From Acutalibacteraceae bacterium (lineage in GTDB: Bacteria > Bacteroidota > Bacteroidia > Bacteroidales > Bacteroidaceae): a stretch of 64,000 bases of DNA. The stretch's first letter is position 1; every line of letters begins with the position of its first letter. Of the stretch, positions 26,561-36,773 are shown piece by piece. The notes beneath the pieces were generated by a model, which was given only the letters and a program-made list of their open reading frames with translations, had not been told where the DNA came from and made no database searches. The stretch is from positions 337-64,336 of the forward strand of contig CAVJRQ010000089.1 in NCBI GenBank assembly GCA_963652075.1. Reading direction: 5' to 3'. Position numbers and translations under genes: made by a program.

Positions 26561-28810
26561 ATGGAAACAATTTATTTATGTTTTGTCATTTTCTTGTTCG
26601 TGTTGGCTGTGTTCGACCTCTCCGTGGGAGTGAGCAACGACGCGGTGAACTTCCTCAACTCCGCCATCGGAGCCAAGGCAGCCACGTTCAAGACGATTAT
26701 CATTATTGCCGCCGTGGGCGTATTCTGTGGTGCGGCCATGAGTAACGGCATGATGGAGATTGCCCGTCACGGCATCTTCCGTCCCGAGCAGTTCTACTTC
26801 AATGAGCTGATGTACATCTTCCTTGCCGTCATGGTAACGGACATCGTGCTGCTGGACGTATTCAACTCGCTGGGCATGCCCACCTCCACCACCGTGTCGA
26901 TGGTGTTTGAGCTGTTGGGTGCCACATTCGCGCTTACGCTTCCGAAAATCATCGCGGACAGCTCGCTCAGCATCGCGGACTTGATGAATACCGAAAAGGC
27001 GTTGTCCGTCATCATGGCGATATTCGTGTCGGTTGCCATCGCGTTCGTCTTTGGCGTGGTGGTACAGTTTCTGTCACGACTGTTGTTCACCTTTAACTAC
27101 CGGTCGAAGCTGAAATGGAAAATCGGTCTGTTCGGCGGTATCGCCGCCACGTCCATCATCTACTTCATGTTGATAAAGGGCATCAAAGACCTCTCGTTCA
27201 TGAACGACGACCTGAAAGCGCTGATTCACGACAACACGGTGTTGATCATGGGCGGATGCTTCATCTTCTTCACCATTCTGATGCAGATTCTGCACTGGTG
27301 CAAGGTGAACGTTTTCAAGATTATTGTGTTGATGGGTACTTTCGCGTTGGCTATGGCTTTCGCCGGTAACGACTTGGTAAACTTCATCGGTGTGCCTTTG
27401 GCCGGTTATTCTTCCTATATGGACTACATGGCCAACGGCAACGGCAATCCGGGTTCTTTCCTCATGGGCTCACTCAACGGGCCTGCACGCACGCCAGCCG
27501 TCTTCCTGATTGTCGCAGGGGCGGTGATGGTCTATTCATTGACGACCTCGAAGAAGGCGTATAACGTGGTGAAGACATCGGTTGACCTCTCCCGTCAGGA
27601 CGAGGGAGACGAGATGTTCGGTTCGTCACGTATGGCCCGCAGCCTTGTACGTTCGGCAAACATCACCTCGCGTTTTGTGTTGAACATTATTCCCGGTAGT
27701 GTCAAACGCTGGATAAACATACGTTTCAACAAAGAAGAGGCTATCATCGAAGAGGGTGCCGCTTTCGATATGGTGCGCGCCGCCGTCAACCTGGTGTTGG
27801 CGGGACTGCTCATCGCCCTGGGTACTTCACTGAAATTGCCCCTTTCTACAACCTACGTAGCTTTCATGGTAGCCATGGGTACCTCGTTGGCAGACCGGGC
27901 CTGGAGCCGCGAGAGTGCCGTGTTCCGCATCACCGGAGTGCTCTCCGTCATCGGTGGTTGGTTCATCACGGCGGGTGCCGCTTTCCTGCTCTGTTTCGTC
28001 GTGGTGCTGGCCATGTACTATGGAGGCATGATAGTGACCATCGCGCTGGTCATCCTTGCCGTCGTAATCCTCATCCGCAGCAACATCCAATATTCAAAGA
28101 AATTGAAGAGCGAGAAGTCGGACGACCTGTTCCACAAGATGATTGCCTCAAAGGACAAGGCCGAGACTTACGAGTTGCTGAAAGCCCATATGGCAAAGAA
28201 CCAGACGGACTACATGACCTATGTCACGACCGTCTACCAACAGATAACGGACGGTTTCATCAACGAGGACTTGAAGAGTCTGCGTCGTGCCGGCTCTACC
28301 ATGAAGAGCAAGAAACAGGAGCTGAAGAAGCTGCGCCGCCGCGAGATGATAGGCATGCGCCGCATCGACCGCGACTTGGCTATCGAGAAGAACACGTGGT
28401 TCCACCTTGCCAGCAACAGCACCGAACAGATGCTCTACTGCCTCGTGCGCATCTGCAACTCTTGCGAGGAGCATGTGGACAACAACTTCTCGCCCATCGG
28501 TCAAGACCGCGTGAAGGAGTTCATCCCCTTGCGTGACACGCTGCTTTACCTGTTGAACCGCACAAAGACTTTGATTAACAACGGCAATTTCACCGAGATT
28601 GACGAGGTGCGCAACGAGTGCGACAAGCTGAAAGAGTCTTTCTCACGAGTGCGTAAGGAACAGATGAACCGCATGCAGGACGACCATGACAACTTTGCCG
28701 TGTCATACGTCTACCTGAGCACCTTGCAGGAATCCCAAGAGTTGATAGCGTTGCTGCGTCATCTGTTGCGCGCCATCCGCAACTTCAGGGATGTACCCCA
28801 ACTCCGATAA
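26561..28810 (+). CDS. Inorganic phosphate transporter (PiT family) fused to a C-terminal PhoU-like helical domain
   Basis: N-terminal GVSNDAVNFLNSAIGA and the second repeat GNDLVNFIGVPLAG are PiT signatures. About 230 C-terminal residues are soluble and helical. Confidence 0.85.
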   Translation: METIYLCFVIFLFVLAVFDLSVGVSNDAVNFLNSAIGAKAATFKTIIIIAAVGVFCGAAMSNGMMEIARHGIFRPEQFYFNELMYIFLAVMVTDIVLLDVFNSLGMPTSTTVSMVFELLGATFALTLPKIIADSSLSIADLMNTEKALSVIMAIFVSVAIAFVFGVVVQFLSRLLFTFNYRSKLKWKIGLFGGIAATSIIYFMLIKGIKDLSFMNDDLKALIHDNTVLIMGGCFIFFTILMQILHWCKVNVFKIIVLMGTFALAMAFAGNDLVNFIGVPLAGYSSYMDYMANGNGNPGSFLMGSLNGPARTPAVFLIVAGAVMVYSLTTSKKAYNVVKTSVDLSRQDEGDEMFGSSRMARSLVRSANITSRFVLNIIPGSVKRWINIRFNKEEAIIEEGAAFDMVRAAVNLVLAGLLIALGTSLKLPLSTTYVAFMVAMGTSLADRAWSRESAVFRITGVLSVIGGWFITAGAAFLLCFVVVLAMYYGGMIVTIALVILAVVILIRSNIQYSKKLKSEKSDDLFHKMIASKDKAETYELLKAHMAKNQTDYMTYVTTVYQQITDGFINEDLKSLRRAGSTMKSKKQELKKLRRREMIGMRRIDRDLAIEKNTWFHLASNSTEQMLYCLVRICNSCEEHVDNNFSPIGQDRVKEFIPLRDTLLYLLNRTKTLINNGNFTEIDEVRNECDKLKESFSRVRKEQMNRMQDDHDNFAVSYVYLSTLQESQELIALLRHLLRAIRNFRDVPQLR

Positions 28811-28822
28811 TGCGAACAGACC

Positions 28823-29863
28823 ATGAATGCAAGATATGTTTTCCCAGTGCTGTTGTCCTGTGTATGCAGCCTCGGCATGCATGCACAGGATGACGACAAC
28901 GCCAAATACGCGGCGGAGATTCACGGAACAATCCGCGGGAAGTATGAGTACCAGCCGGACATGAAAGCCGGACGCTTCGAGGTGCGAAACGCGCGTTTCA
29001 GTCTGACGGGAAAGGTGGCTCCGACAGTCTCCTACAAGGCGGAGATAGATCTCTCTGACGAAGGGAGCATCAAGATGCTGGATGCCTACACGCGTCTGAC
29101 ACCGGACAATCACTTCAACTTCACTATCGGACAGATGCGCGTGCCGTTTACCATCGATGCCCACCGCTCACCGCACCAACAATACTTCGCCAACCGTTCG
29201 TTCATCGCCAAGCAGGTAGGTAATGTGCGTGACGTAGGCGCCACGTTGGGCTACAAGTTAAACGGCGGTCTGCCGATGGTATTGGAGGCTGGACTTTTCA
29301 ACGGTTCCGGACTGACAGACCAGAAGAACTTCTGGACCCAAGGCATCAACTTCTCCGCCAAGATGCAGTTCTTCCTGCCGCAAGGTTTCAACGTCACGCT
29401 TAGCGCGCAGAAAATCAAGCCGAGCCTCCACTCGGTGATGATGTATGACGGAGGAGTCTATTACCACAGTCGCGGATGGCACATCGAGGCCGAGTACCTG
29501 TTCAAGCACTACAGCGACCATTCGTACCACGATGTCAATGCCTTCGACGGGTTCGTCTGCTACGACTTCCGGCTTCGCAAGAAGTTCTTCAGTAAGGTGT
29601 CCGTCCTGGCGCGCTACGACTACATGGGCGACCACAGCGACGGCAAATGTTACACGGACGGCAAGGAGGATTCGGAAAACGGAGTGCTCACCACCAACGA
29701 CTATCGTCGCCAACGCGTCACGGGCGGAGTGACCCTGAGCATCGCCAAGCCATTTATCTCGGACATCCGTATCAACTACGAGAAGTACTTCTATGGCCGC
29801 AACTCCATCGCCAAGACCTCGGAACAGGACAAGTTCGTCATCGAATTCATGACGAGGTTCTAA
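28823..29863 (+). CDS. Outer-membrane porin, phosphate-selective porin O/P-like
   Basis: Signal peptide, alternating beta-strand pattern, RNARFSLTGK / GQMRVPFT blocks, C-terminal Phe. Lies 12 nt after the PiT gene. Confidence 0.65.
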   Translation: MNARYVFPVLLSCVCSLGMHAQDDDNAKYAAEIHGTIRGKYEYQPDMKAGRFEVRNARFSLTGKVAPTVSYKAEIDLSDEGSIKMLDAYTRLTPDNHFNFTIGQMRVPFTIDAHRSPHQQYFANRSFIAKQVGNVRDVGATLGYKLNGGLPMVLEAGLFNGSGLTDQKNFWTQGINFSAKMQFFLPQGFNVTLSAQKIKPSLHSVMMYDGGVYYHSRGWHIEAEYLFKHYSDHSYHDVNAFDGFVCYDFRLRKKFFSKVSVLARYDYMGDHSDGKCYTDGKEDSENGVLTTNDYRRQRVTGGVTLSIAKPFISDIRINYEKYFYGRNSIAKTSEQDKFVIEFMTRF

Positions 29864-29898
29864 GACGGCCATCAGCCGGACATATAGTAATAGGTATA

Positions 29899-29943
29899 CA
29901 CCCCAACCGGACAAATGCCCACAGAGGCAGTCCGGTTGGGGTG
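29899..29943 (+). terminator. Hairpin terminator after the porin gene (14-bp stem)
   Basis: caccccaaccggac ... gtccggttggggtg. Confidence 0.6.
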
Positions 29944-30046
29944 TAACAGTTCTGAAACATCATCGTAACCGAAACTTATCCTCGCCGTTATGCGAAAGAA
30001 ACGCCACAGGCCGACCTTTGCAGCGTAAAACAAAAAAGGATATACG

Positions 30047-32854
30047 ATGAAACAATTGTTGAGAAAAACCATTTTGCTTGTAATGCTCCTCGCCGTATGG
30101 TCGGCCACTCAAGCCGCCATCCTGAAAGGTACGGTGAAGGACAAGACTACAAAGGAACCCCTCGTGGGGGCAACCATCCAGCTGGTAGGCACTACGCTCG
30201 GCGTGGTAACCGACCTGGACGGCAACTATCAATTGGCAAACCTGAAAGCAGGTACATACGATGTGGAGATTAAGTATATTTCGTACCAGACCATGGTGGT
30301 CAAGGGTGTGAAGGTGACGGAGAAGGAGCCTTTCACGCTGGATGCTGAACTGGCTACGGAAGATTTGGCGTTGGGCGAGGTCACCGTGGTGGCTCATGCG
30401 AAGCGCAACACGGAGATGGCTCTGGTATCGGCCACCAAAAACAGTTTGGTAGTGCAGAGCGGTGTCTCGGCACAACAGATTCTGCGCACACAGGACCGCG
30501 ACGCGTCGGAGGTCATCAAGCGTGTGCCAGGTGTCAGCATCATCGACGACAAGTTCGTGATGGTTCGCGGTCTCTCACAACGATACAACAACGTATGGCT
30601 CAACGGCAATGCCGTACCGAGTTCCGAGGCGGACTCGCGCGCCTTTTCATTCGACATCATTCCCTCTTCGCAACTCGATAACATGGTAATCGTAAAGAGT
30701 CCGGCTCCCGAATACCCTGCCGACTTCACAGGAGGTTTCATTCTTATCAACACGAAAGATATGCCAAGCGACAACGGGTTTAGCGTTACCGTTGGAACGG
30801 GTGTCAACGACCAGACTCACTTCAAGGATTTCTATAAGAGTCAAGGTTCCGGTTTGGACTTCCTCGGCTTGGGTTCGGGATACCGTTCTCTGAATGCGGG
30901 CATGAAAGGGGCACTGAATATGTATCCGGGATACGCCACCGGCAACAACCCGCGCATCGATTTGCTCAACAACGGATTCCACAACGACTGGACCGTGAAG
31001 AACTCCTCTCCCGTTGGCGACCTCAAGGTGAACCTCTCCTACAACCATCGTTGGGAAACGGAAAGCGGACGCTCCGTTGGTTTGCTCGCAGCCGCCAACT
31101 ACAGCAACACCTACAAGACCTATCTCGACATGGAGAACTCGCTCTATGGACCCTACGACACGGACCACGACACGGAAGTCTTTCTGCGTAAGGCTAAAGA
31201 CAACCAGTACAGCAACGACGTACGCTTGGGAGGTATGCTCAACCTGACCTACCAACCGGTCAACCGGAACCACACCTATGAGTGGAAGAACATCATCAAC
31301 CAAATCAGCAAGGACCGCTACTCGGAACGTACGGGTTACAATGCGCAACCCGACCAGATCAACAACATGGAGTACTACTACTCCTCACGTATGACCTACA
31401 ACACACAGTTCACGGGTAAGCACAACTTCAACAATACCGACTTCATTGACTGGAGCGTGGGTTACGCTTACGCCAACCGCAACCTGCCGGACCGCCGCCT
31501 CATTGAGCGCACGGACCGTACGGACAACCGCATGAGCATCTATCGCATCAGCCGCGAGTTTACCAAGTTGGACGAGAACATCGCTTCGGCCAATGTCAAC
31601 TACCGCAAGGAGTTCAGCATCTGGAATATCAACCCCACACTGAGAGCCGGTGCCTACGGTGAGTACCGCACACGTACCTACAGAACCCGTGAGTTCCAAT
31701 ATGCATGGGAACCGACCAACAGCCTGCCCGACGGATTCCAGTTCGACGACAACGTGCAGAGCAACGTGCTTATCGATTCCAACTACGGTGCGGACAAGCT
31801 CTTCATGCAGGAGGAGGTGGACTACACCAACAACTATGACGGAAACAATACACAGATAGCCGGTTACATGGGATTGAACATCCCCTTGGGCAAGTTCAAC
31901 ATCTACGCCGGCGTGCGTTACGAGAACAATCGCCAGGAGCTCATCATGAACACCCGCTCCTATGAAGAGAGCAAGCACAGCACGTTCTACGACTACAGCG
32001 ACTTCTTCCCCTCGTTCAACGCAACCTATAAGTTGAACGACAAGCACCAGTTGCGTCTGGCCTACGGTAAATCGGTGAACCGCCCTGAGTTCCGCGAACT
32101 CTCTTCCTCTGTCTACTACGACTTCGACCTCGGTAGTAACGTGATGGGTAACTCCAGCCTGAAACCCGCCTACATCCAGAACGTAGACCTTCGTTACGAG
32201 TGGTATCCGAACAAAGGCGAGCAGGTTTCGGTAGCGCTCTTCTACAAGAACTTCAAAGACCCTATCGAATGGACCTATACGGTAACCGGAGGTACAGACC
32301 CTGTCTACTCTTACATCAACGCCAAAGGCGCCAACAACTACGGTATCGAGGTGGACATCCGCAAGAACCTGGACTTCATCGGACTGAAAGACTTCAGCCT
32401 CTCGCTGAACTACGCATGGATCAAGAGTGAAGTGGAATTCGAGAAAGGCAGCAAGGAACTCAACAGACCGATGCAAGGACAATCTCCCTACCTCATCAAC
32501 ACGGGAATCTTCTACAACAACACCCGCAAGGGCTGGAACGTGGCACTGCTCTACAACCGCATCGGAAAACGAATCATCGGCGTAGGCAACCGCTACGGTA
32601 CGTCGAGCGAAGGCGATGCCAAGAACATTCCAAACTCTTACGAAATGCCCCGCAACACCATCGACTTCTCTGTCGGAAAGAAACTTGGCAAATGGGAAGT
32701 GAAGGCTTCCGTACGCGACCTGCTCGCGGAGAGGTACTACTTCAAACAGTTTGAGGACGTGACCGTGAACGGACAGAACCGTACCATCGAAGAGGTGACC
32801 CGCAGCTACAAGCCGGGACGGAATTTCAACCTGAGTGTAGGATACAGTTTCTGA
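30047..32854 (+). CDS. TonB-dependent outer-membrane receptor with N-terminal carboxypeptidase-regulatory-like domain (not SusC-type pairing)
   Basis: 935 aa. N-terminal GTVKDKTTKEPLVGATIQLVGT, plug region VKRVPGVSIIDDKFVMVRGL, C-terminal ...NLSVGYSF. Confidence 0.88.
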   Translation: MKQLLRKTILLVMLLAVWSATQAAILKGTVKDKTTKEPLVGATIQLVGTTLGVVTDLDGNYQLANLKAGTYDVEIKYISYQTMVVKGVKVTEKEPFTLDAELATEDLALGEVTVVAHAKRNTEMALVSATKNSLVVQSGVSAQQILRTQDRDASEVIKRVPGVSIIDDKFVMVRGLSQRYNNVWLNGNAVPSSEADSRAFSFDIIPSSQLDNMVIVKSPAPEYPADFTGGFILINTKDMPSDNGFSVTVGTGVNDQTHFKDFYKSQGSGLDFLGLGSGYRSLNAGMKGALNMYPGYATGNNPRIDLLNNGFHNDWTVKNSSPVGDLKVNLSYNHRWETESGRSVGLLAAANYSNTYKTYLDMENSLYGPYDTDHDTEVFLRKAKDNQYSNDVRLGGMLNLTYQPVNRNHTYEWKNIINQISKDRYSERTGYNAQPDQINNMEYYYSSRMTYNTQFTGKHNFNNTDFIDWSVGYAYANRNLPDRRLIERTDRTDNRMSIYRISREFTKLDENIASANVNYRKEFSIWNINPTLRAGAYGEYRTRTYRTREFQYAWEPTNSLPDGFQFDDNVQSNVLIDSNYGADKLFMQEEVDYTNNYDGNNTQIAGYMGLNIPLGKFNIYAGVRYENNRQELIMNTRSYEESKHSTFYDYSDFFPSFNATYKLNDKHQLRLAYGKSVNRPEFRELSSSVYYDFDLGSNVMGNSSLKPAYIQNVDLRYEWYPNKGEQVSVALFYKNFKDPIEWTYTVTGGTDPVYSYINAKGANNYGIEVDIRKNLDFIGLKDFSLSLNYAWIKSEVEFEKGSKELNRPMQGQSPYLINTGIFYNNTRKGWNVALLYNRIGKRIIGVGNRYGTSSEGDAKNIPNSYEMPRNTIDFSVGKKLGKWEVKASVRDLLAERYYFKQFEDVTVNGQNRTIEEVTRSYKPGRNFNLSVGYSF

Positions 32855-32946
32855 CAACAAGGCAAACAACCGGCCCGGCTCGCCAGGCCACAAAAGATAT
32901 TAACTAAAACATTAGATGACTAACCAAATTCTTAAGTAAAAAGATT

Positions 32947-34470
32947 ATGAAAATGGAAATCAAAAAGATGGGCTTGAGCCTCCTTATGGGTGCAGCCATT
33001 TGTTCAGGATGTTTGTTCACCGCTTGTGACGACAGCAACAACGGAGACGACAAAAAAGACCAAAAAGATCCCGAAGTGACTTATGACGGAACTACCGCTA
33101 TCAGCAGCGGCATCCTCTTCAACGGAGGAACGCAGTTGGGTAACGGCGACCAGAACTTCGTCTTCACCGGCGACGTGACATTGGAGAAGGGCACTTACCT
33201 GTTGAAAGGATGGGTTTATGTAGCCGAGGGCGCTAAGCTCTACATCCCCGCAGGTACAATCATCAAGGGCGACAAGCAGACGAAAGCCGCGCTGATTGTT
33301 GAACCGGGTGGATACGCCGAAATCAAAGGAACAAAGACGGAGCCTGTCGTAATGACCTCCGAAGAGGCTGTAGGAAACAGAAAACCGGGTGACTGGGGTG
33401 GCCTCATCATCTGCGGTAAGTCTCTCAACAACAACGGTACACTGGGACAGCAGATTGAAGGCGGCCCGCGCACAAAGCACGGCGGTGAAGTGGCCAACGA
33501 CAACTCCGGTATCTATCAGTACATCCGCGTAGAGTTCGCAGGTTATCCCTTCGACACCGACAAGGAAATCAACGGTATCACCTTCGGTTCCGTTGGTAGC
33601 GGAACGACCATCGACCACTTGCAGGTTTCTTACTCCAACGACGACTCTTTCGAGTGGTTCGGCGGAACGGTAGACTGCAAATACCTTGTAGCGTTCAAAG
33701 GATGGGACGATGAGTTCGATACCGACAACGGTTTCAGCGGCAACGTGGAATACTGTCTCTCTATCCGCGACCCGCGTATCGCCGACACGTCACAGAGCAA
33801 CGGCTTCGAGAGCGACAACAACGCTTCCGGTTCCACCACTACTCCGTTCACAAACTGCAAGTTCAAGCACGTGACTTTCATCGGCCCGGCCGCAGGCAAC
33901 GACTCGTTTGACTACTCCACCACAGCAGACGGTGGCGACATGAACCCGAACAACGGTTCAAAACTCGGCAAGTTCCAAGCCGCTATGCAAATCCGCCGCA
34001 GCAGCAAGCTCAACTGCGAGAACTCTTTGGCCGTAGGCTATCCCATCGGTCTGATGATTGACTGGGAGAAGGGTAACTGCAAGGAATATGCTGAGAGCGG
34101 TGACATCAAGTTGAAGAACATCATCTTCGCTGGCATGAGCTTCCTCGGTAGCGATGCCAACAAAAAATACGCTGACGTGCTCTGCACTGGCTACGACGCT
34201 GACAAGAAAGCCACTTACGACGAGAGTCAGTATTCATTCTCACACACGTTCTTCTTGAACGAGAAGGGTTCTTACACGGGTTCCGTAAACAACAAGGTGA
34301 TGGAGTACTCCGCACTGAACCTGACCGACCCGAAGAACACGGGTAGCAAGTACTGTCCTTCCACAGCCCTCTCTGACGGCAACGGTGGTTACATCGGCGC
34401 CTTCAAGGATGCCAGCGACAACTGGCTGGATGGGTGGACGGAATTTGACCCTCAACACAAAGAGTATTAA
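32947..34470 (+). CDS. Surface lipoprotein of unknown function (beta-helix-like repeats), partner of the upstream TonB-dependent receptor
   Basis: Lipobox LFTAC followed by the acidic DDSNNGDDKKD (a Bacteroidota surface-export-like signal). Recurring D-x-F-E/D-x-x-G rungs (DDSFEWFGG, DDEFDTDNG, NGFESDNN). I recognised no enzyme motif. Confidence 0.6.
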   Translation: MKMEIKKMGLSLLMGAAICSGCLFTACDDSNNGDDKKDQKDPEVTYDGTTAISSGILFNGGTQLGNGDQNFVFTGDVTLEKGTYLLKGWVYVAEGAKLYIPAGTIIKGDKQTKAALIVEPGGYAEIKGTKTEPVVMTSEEAVGNRKPGDWGGLIICGKSLNNNGTLGQQIEGGPRTKHGGEVANDNSGIYQYIRVEFAGYPFDTDKEINGITFGSVGSGTTIDHLQVSYSNDDSFEWFGGTVDCKYLVAFKGWDDEFDTDNGFSGNVEYCLSIRDPRIADTSQSNGFESDNNASGSTTTPFTNCKFKHVTFIGPAAGNDSFDYSTTADGGDMNPNNGSKLGKFQAAMQIRRSSKLNCENSLAVGYPIGLMIDWEKGNCKEYAESGDIKLKNIIFAGMSFLGSDANKKYADVLCTGYDADKKATYDESQYSFSHTFFLNEKGSYTGSVNNKVMEYSALNLTDPKNTGSKYCPSTALSDGNGGYIGAFKDASDNWLDGWTEFDPQHKEY

Positions 34471-34501
34471 TTAATACAATTGTTTTATCACCCTTTTACG
34501 C

Positions 34502-34540
34502 AGGAGGGGCGGCTTGCGATAAGCTGCCCCTCCTCTTTTG
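34502..34540 (+). terminator. Rho-independent terminator after the lipoprotein gene
   Basis: aggaggggcggctt ... aagctgcccctcct followed by cttttg. Confidence 0.75.
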
Positions 34541-34697
34541 TGTGACAGTCCCCACTTTGCCATAGAGCCATCGTCATATTGAGAGAGGAGTAATCCTACT
34601 TTTTCTTATGACACAGGGATATAAATCGTGATTTATGTCTATATTTGCCACACGGTATTGCAACCTTAATTGAAAAACATACAAAACCTTGGAATCT

Positions 34698-36758
34698 ATG
34701 AAACGGACAATCTTTACCATAACCTTGGCGACGGCCACCCTACTGCCTGCTTTGGCTCAGAAAAGCGGAAACCCGTCAAGCGGCTACCCCATCACGCCCG
34801 TCCCCTTTACTTCGGTGAAAGTAGAGGGAAATTCCTTCTGGGGGCAACGACTGGAAACCTCACGCAAAGTGACCATCCCTTTGGCCTTCAGCAAGTGCGA
34901 GAGCGAGGGACGCTACAAGAATTTCGAGCGAGCCGTGCATCCTGACGAGAGCTATGATGTCACCAAACTGATGCCTTACAGTTTCGATGACACAGACCCC
35001 TACAAGACCATTGAGGGGGCATCGTATATCCTGCAGACCTATCCGGACAAGAAACTGAAGGCATACATCGACAGTGTGCTCAACATCATCGGTGCGGCAC
35101 AGGAGCCGGACGGCTACCTCTACACCGCACGCACGCAGAACCCCAAGCATCCTCATCATTGGGCGGGGTCTACCCGTTGGAGCAAGACGGAGGACTTGAG
35201 CCATGAACTCTATAACTTAGGCCACATGACGGAAGCCGCCGTAGCCCACTATCAAGCCACCGGAAGCCGCAAGTTCCTGGATATCGCCATCCGCTATGCG
35301 GACTGCGTCATCCGTGAGGTTGGTCCCAACAAGGGACAGGCTTGTGTAGTACCCGGCCATCAGATAGCGGAGATGGCACTCTGCCGACTCTATCTCGTCA
35401 CGGGCGACAAACGGTATCTGGATGAGGCCAAGTTCTTCCTCGATTATCGCGGAAAGACCACCATCAAAAGCGAATATTCACAGAGCCACCAGCCCGTCGT
35501 AGAACAATCCGAGGCGGTGGGTCATGCCGTGCGCGCGGCTTATATGTATGCCGGCATGGCGGATGTGGCGGCTCTCACGGGCGACACGGCCTACATCCAT
35601 GCCATTGACCGTATTTGGGAGAATATCGTCAGCAAGAAACTCTACATCACCGGAGGCATCGGTGCCACCAACAGAGGAGAGGCTTTCGGAGCGAACTATG
35701 AATTGCCCAACCTCACGGCTTACTGCGAGACTTGCGCCGCCATCGGCAACGTCTACGTCAACCATCGGCTTTTCTTGCTTCATGGCGAGAGCAAATATTA
35801 CGACGTGTTGGAGCGCACGCTCTACAACGGCCTCATCAGCGGTGTGAGCCTCGACGGCGGCAGTTTCTTCTACCCCAATCCTTTGGAGAGTACCGGAGGG
35901 TATGCACGCCAACCTTGGTTTGGCTGTGCCTGCTGCCCCAGCAACATCTGTCGTTTCCTCCCCTCCCTGCCGGGTTATGTCTATGCGGTAAAGGACCGCA
36001 ACGTCTATGTCAACCTCTTCCTCGACAACAGCGCATCGCTCTCCGTTGTGGGCAAAAAGGTAACACTCAGTCAAGAAACACGCTATCCGTGGGATGGCGA
36101 CATCTCCCTCACCGTAGACCAGAACAGAGCCGGTCAGTTTAGCCTGAAGGTTCGCATCCCCGGTTGGGTGAAAGGTCAGCCTCTCCCCTCTGACCTCTAT
36201 GCGTATACCGACAACAAACAGGCTTCTTATTCCGTTACCGTCAATGGTGGTGAGGCTGAAGGGCAGCTCACCGAAGACGGATACTTCACCATTGAACGCA
36301 AGTGGAAGAAGGGCGACCAAGTCCGCATCCATTTGGATATGCCCGTTCGCACCGTATGCGCCAACCCGCAAGTGACGGCAGACCGCGGTTGTGTCAGCGT
36401 GGAGAGAGGACCGTTGGTTTACTGTGCCGAATGGCCCGACAACAAGGGTACAGACCTCATGAGTATCCTCGTGAACCGCAAACCGACGTTCACCGAAGGA
36501 CAGGAAGCCTATGACGGATTCATTGCCACAGGCTACAGGGAGGTGCTCGCCCTCTACAAAGGCCAGCAACTCGTCACGCTGCAAACTCCGGCACAGTCGT
36601 TGGCTTACGACAACGAGGGACGGCTCACCGTCAGGGACACCACCCTCACCCTCATTCCCTACTTTGCGTGGGCACACCGCGGCAAAGGCAGCATGAGGGT
36701 ATGGCTTCCACAGGATGTACGGGCTACCCACCCGACATCATCCGCTACGGCAAAATAA
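34698..36758 (+). CDS. Glycoside hydrolase family 127 (DUF1680, beta-L-arabinofuranosidase-like)
   Basis: Signal peptide. FWGQRLETSRKVTIP, ELYNLGHMTEAAVAHY and the Cys-rich CETCAAIG / CACCPSN blocks are typical of GH127. ATG 34698 is preferred over TTG 34689. Confidence 0.85.
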   Translation: MKRTIFTITLATATLLPALAQKSGNPSSGYPITPVPFTSVKVEGNSFWGQRLETSRKVTIPLAFSKCESEGRYKNFERAVHPDESYDVTKLMPYSFDDTDPYKTIEGASYILQTYPDKKLKAYIDSVLNIIGAAQEPDGYLYTARTQNPKHPHHWAGSTRWSKTEDLSHELYNLGHMTEAAVAHYQATGSRKFLDIAIRYADCVIREVGPNKGQACVVPGHQIAEMALCRLYLVTGDKRYLDEAKFFLDYRGKTTIKSEYSQSHQPVVEQSEAVGHAVRAAYMYAGMADVAALTGDTAYIHAIDRIWENIVSKKLYITGGIGATNRGEAFGANYELPNLTAYCETCAAIGNVYVNHRLFLLHGESKYYDVLERTLYNGLISGVSLDGGSFFYPNPLESTGGYARQPWFGCACCPSNICRFLPSLPGYVYAVKDRNVYVNLFLDNSASLSVVGKKVTLSQETRYPWDGDISLTVDQNRAGQFSLKVRIPGWVKGQPLPSDLYAYTDNKQASYSVTVNGGEAEGQLTEDGYFTIERKWKKGDQVRIHLDMPVRTVCANPQVTADRGCVSVERGPLVYCAEWPDNKGTDLMSILVNRKPTFTEGQEAYDGFIATGYREVLALYKGQQLVTLQTPAQSLAYDNEGRLTVRDTTLTLIPYFAWAHRGKGSMRVWLPQDVRATHPTSSATAK

Positions 36759-36773
36759 GAGGAAGAGGAGTTG

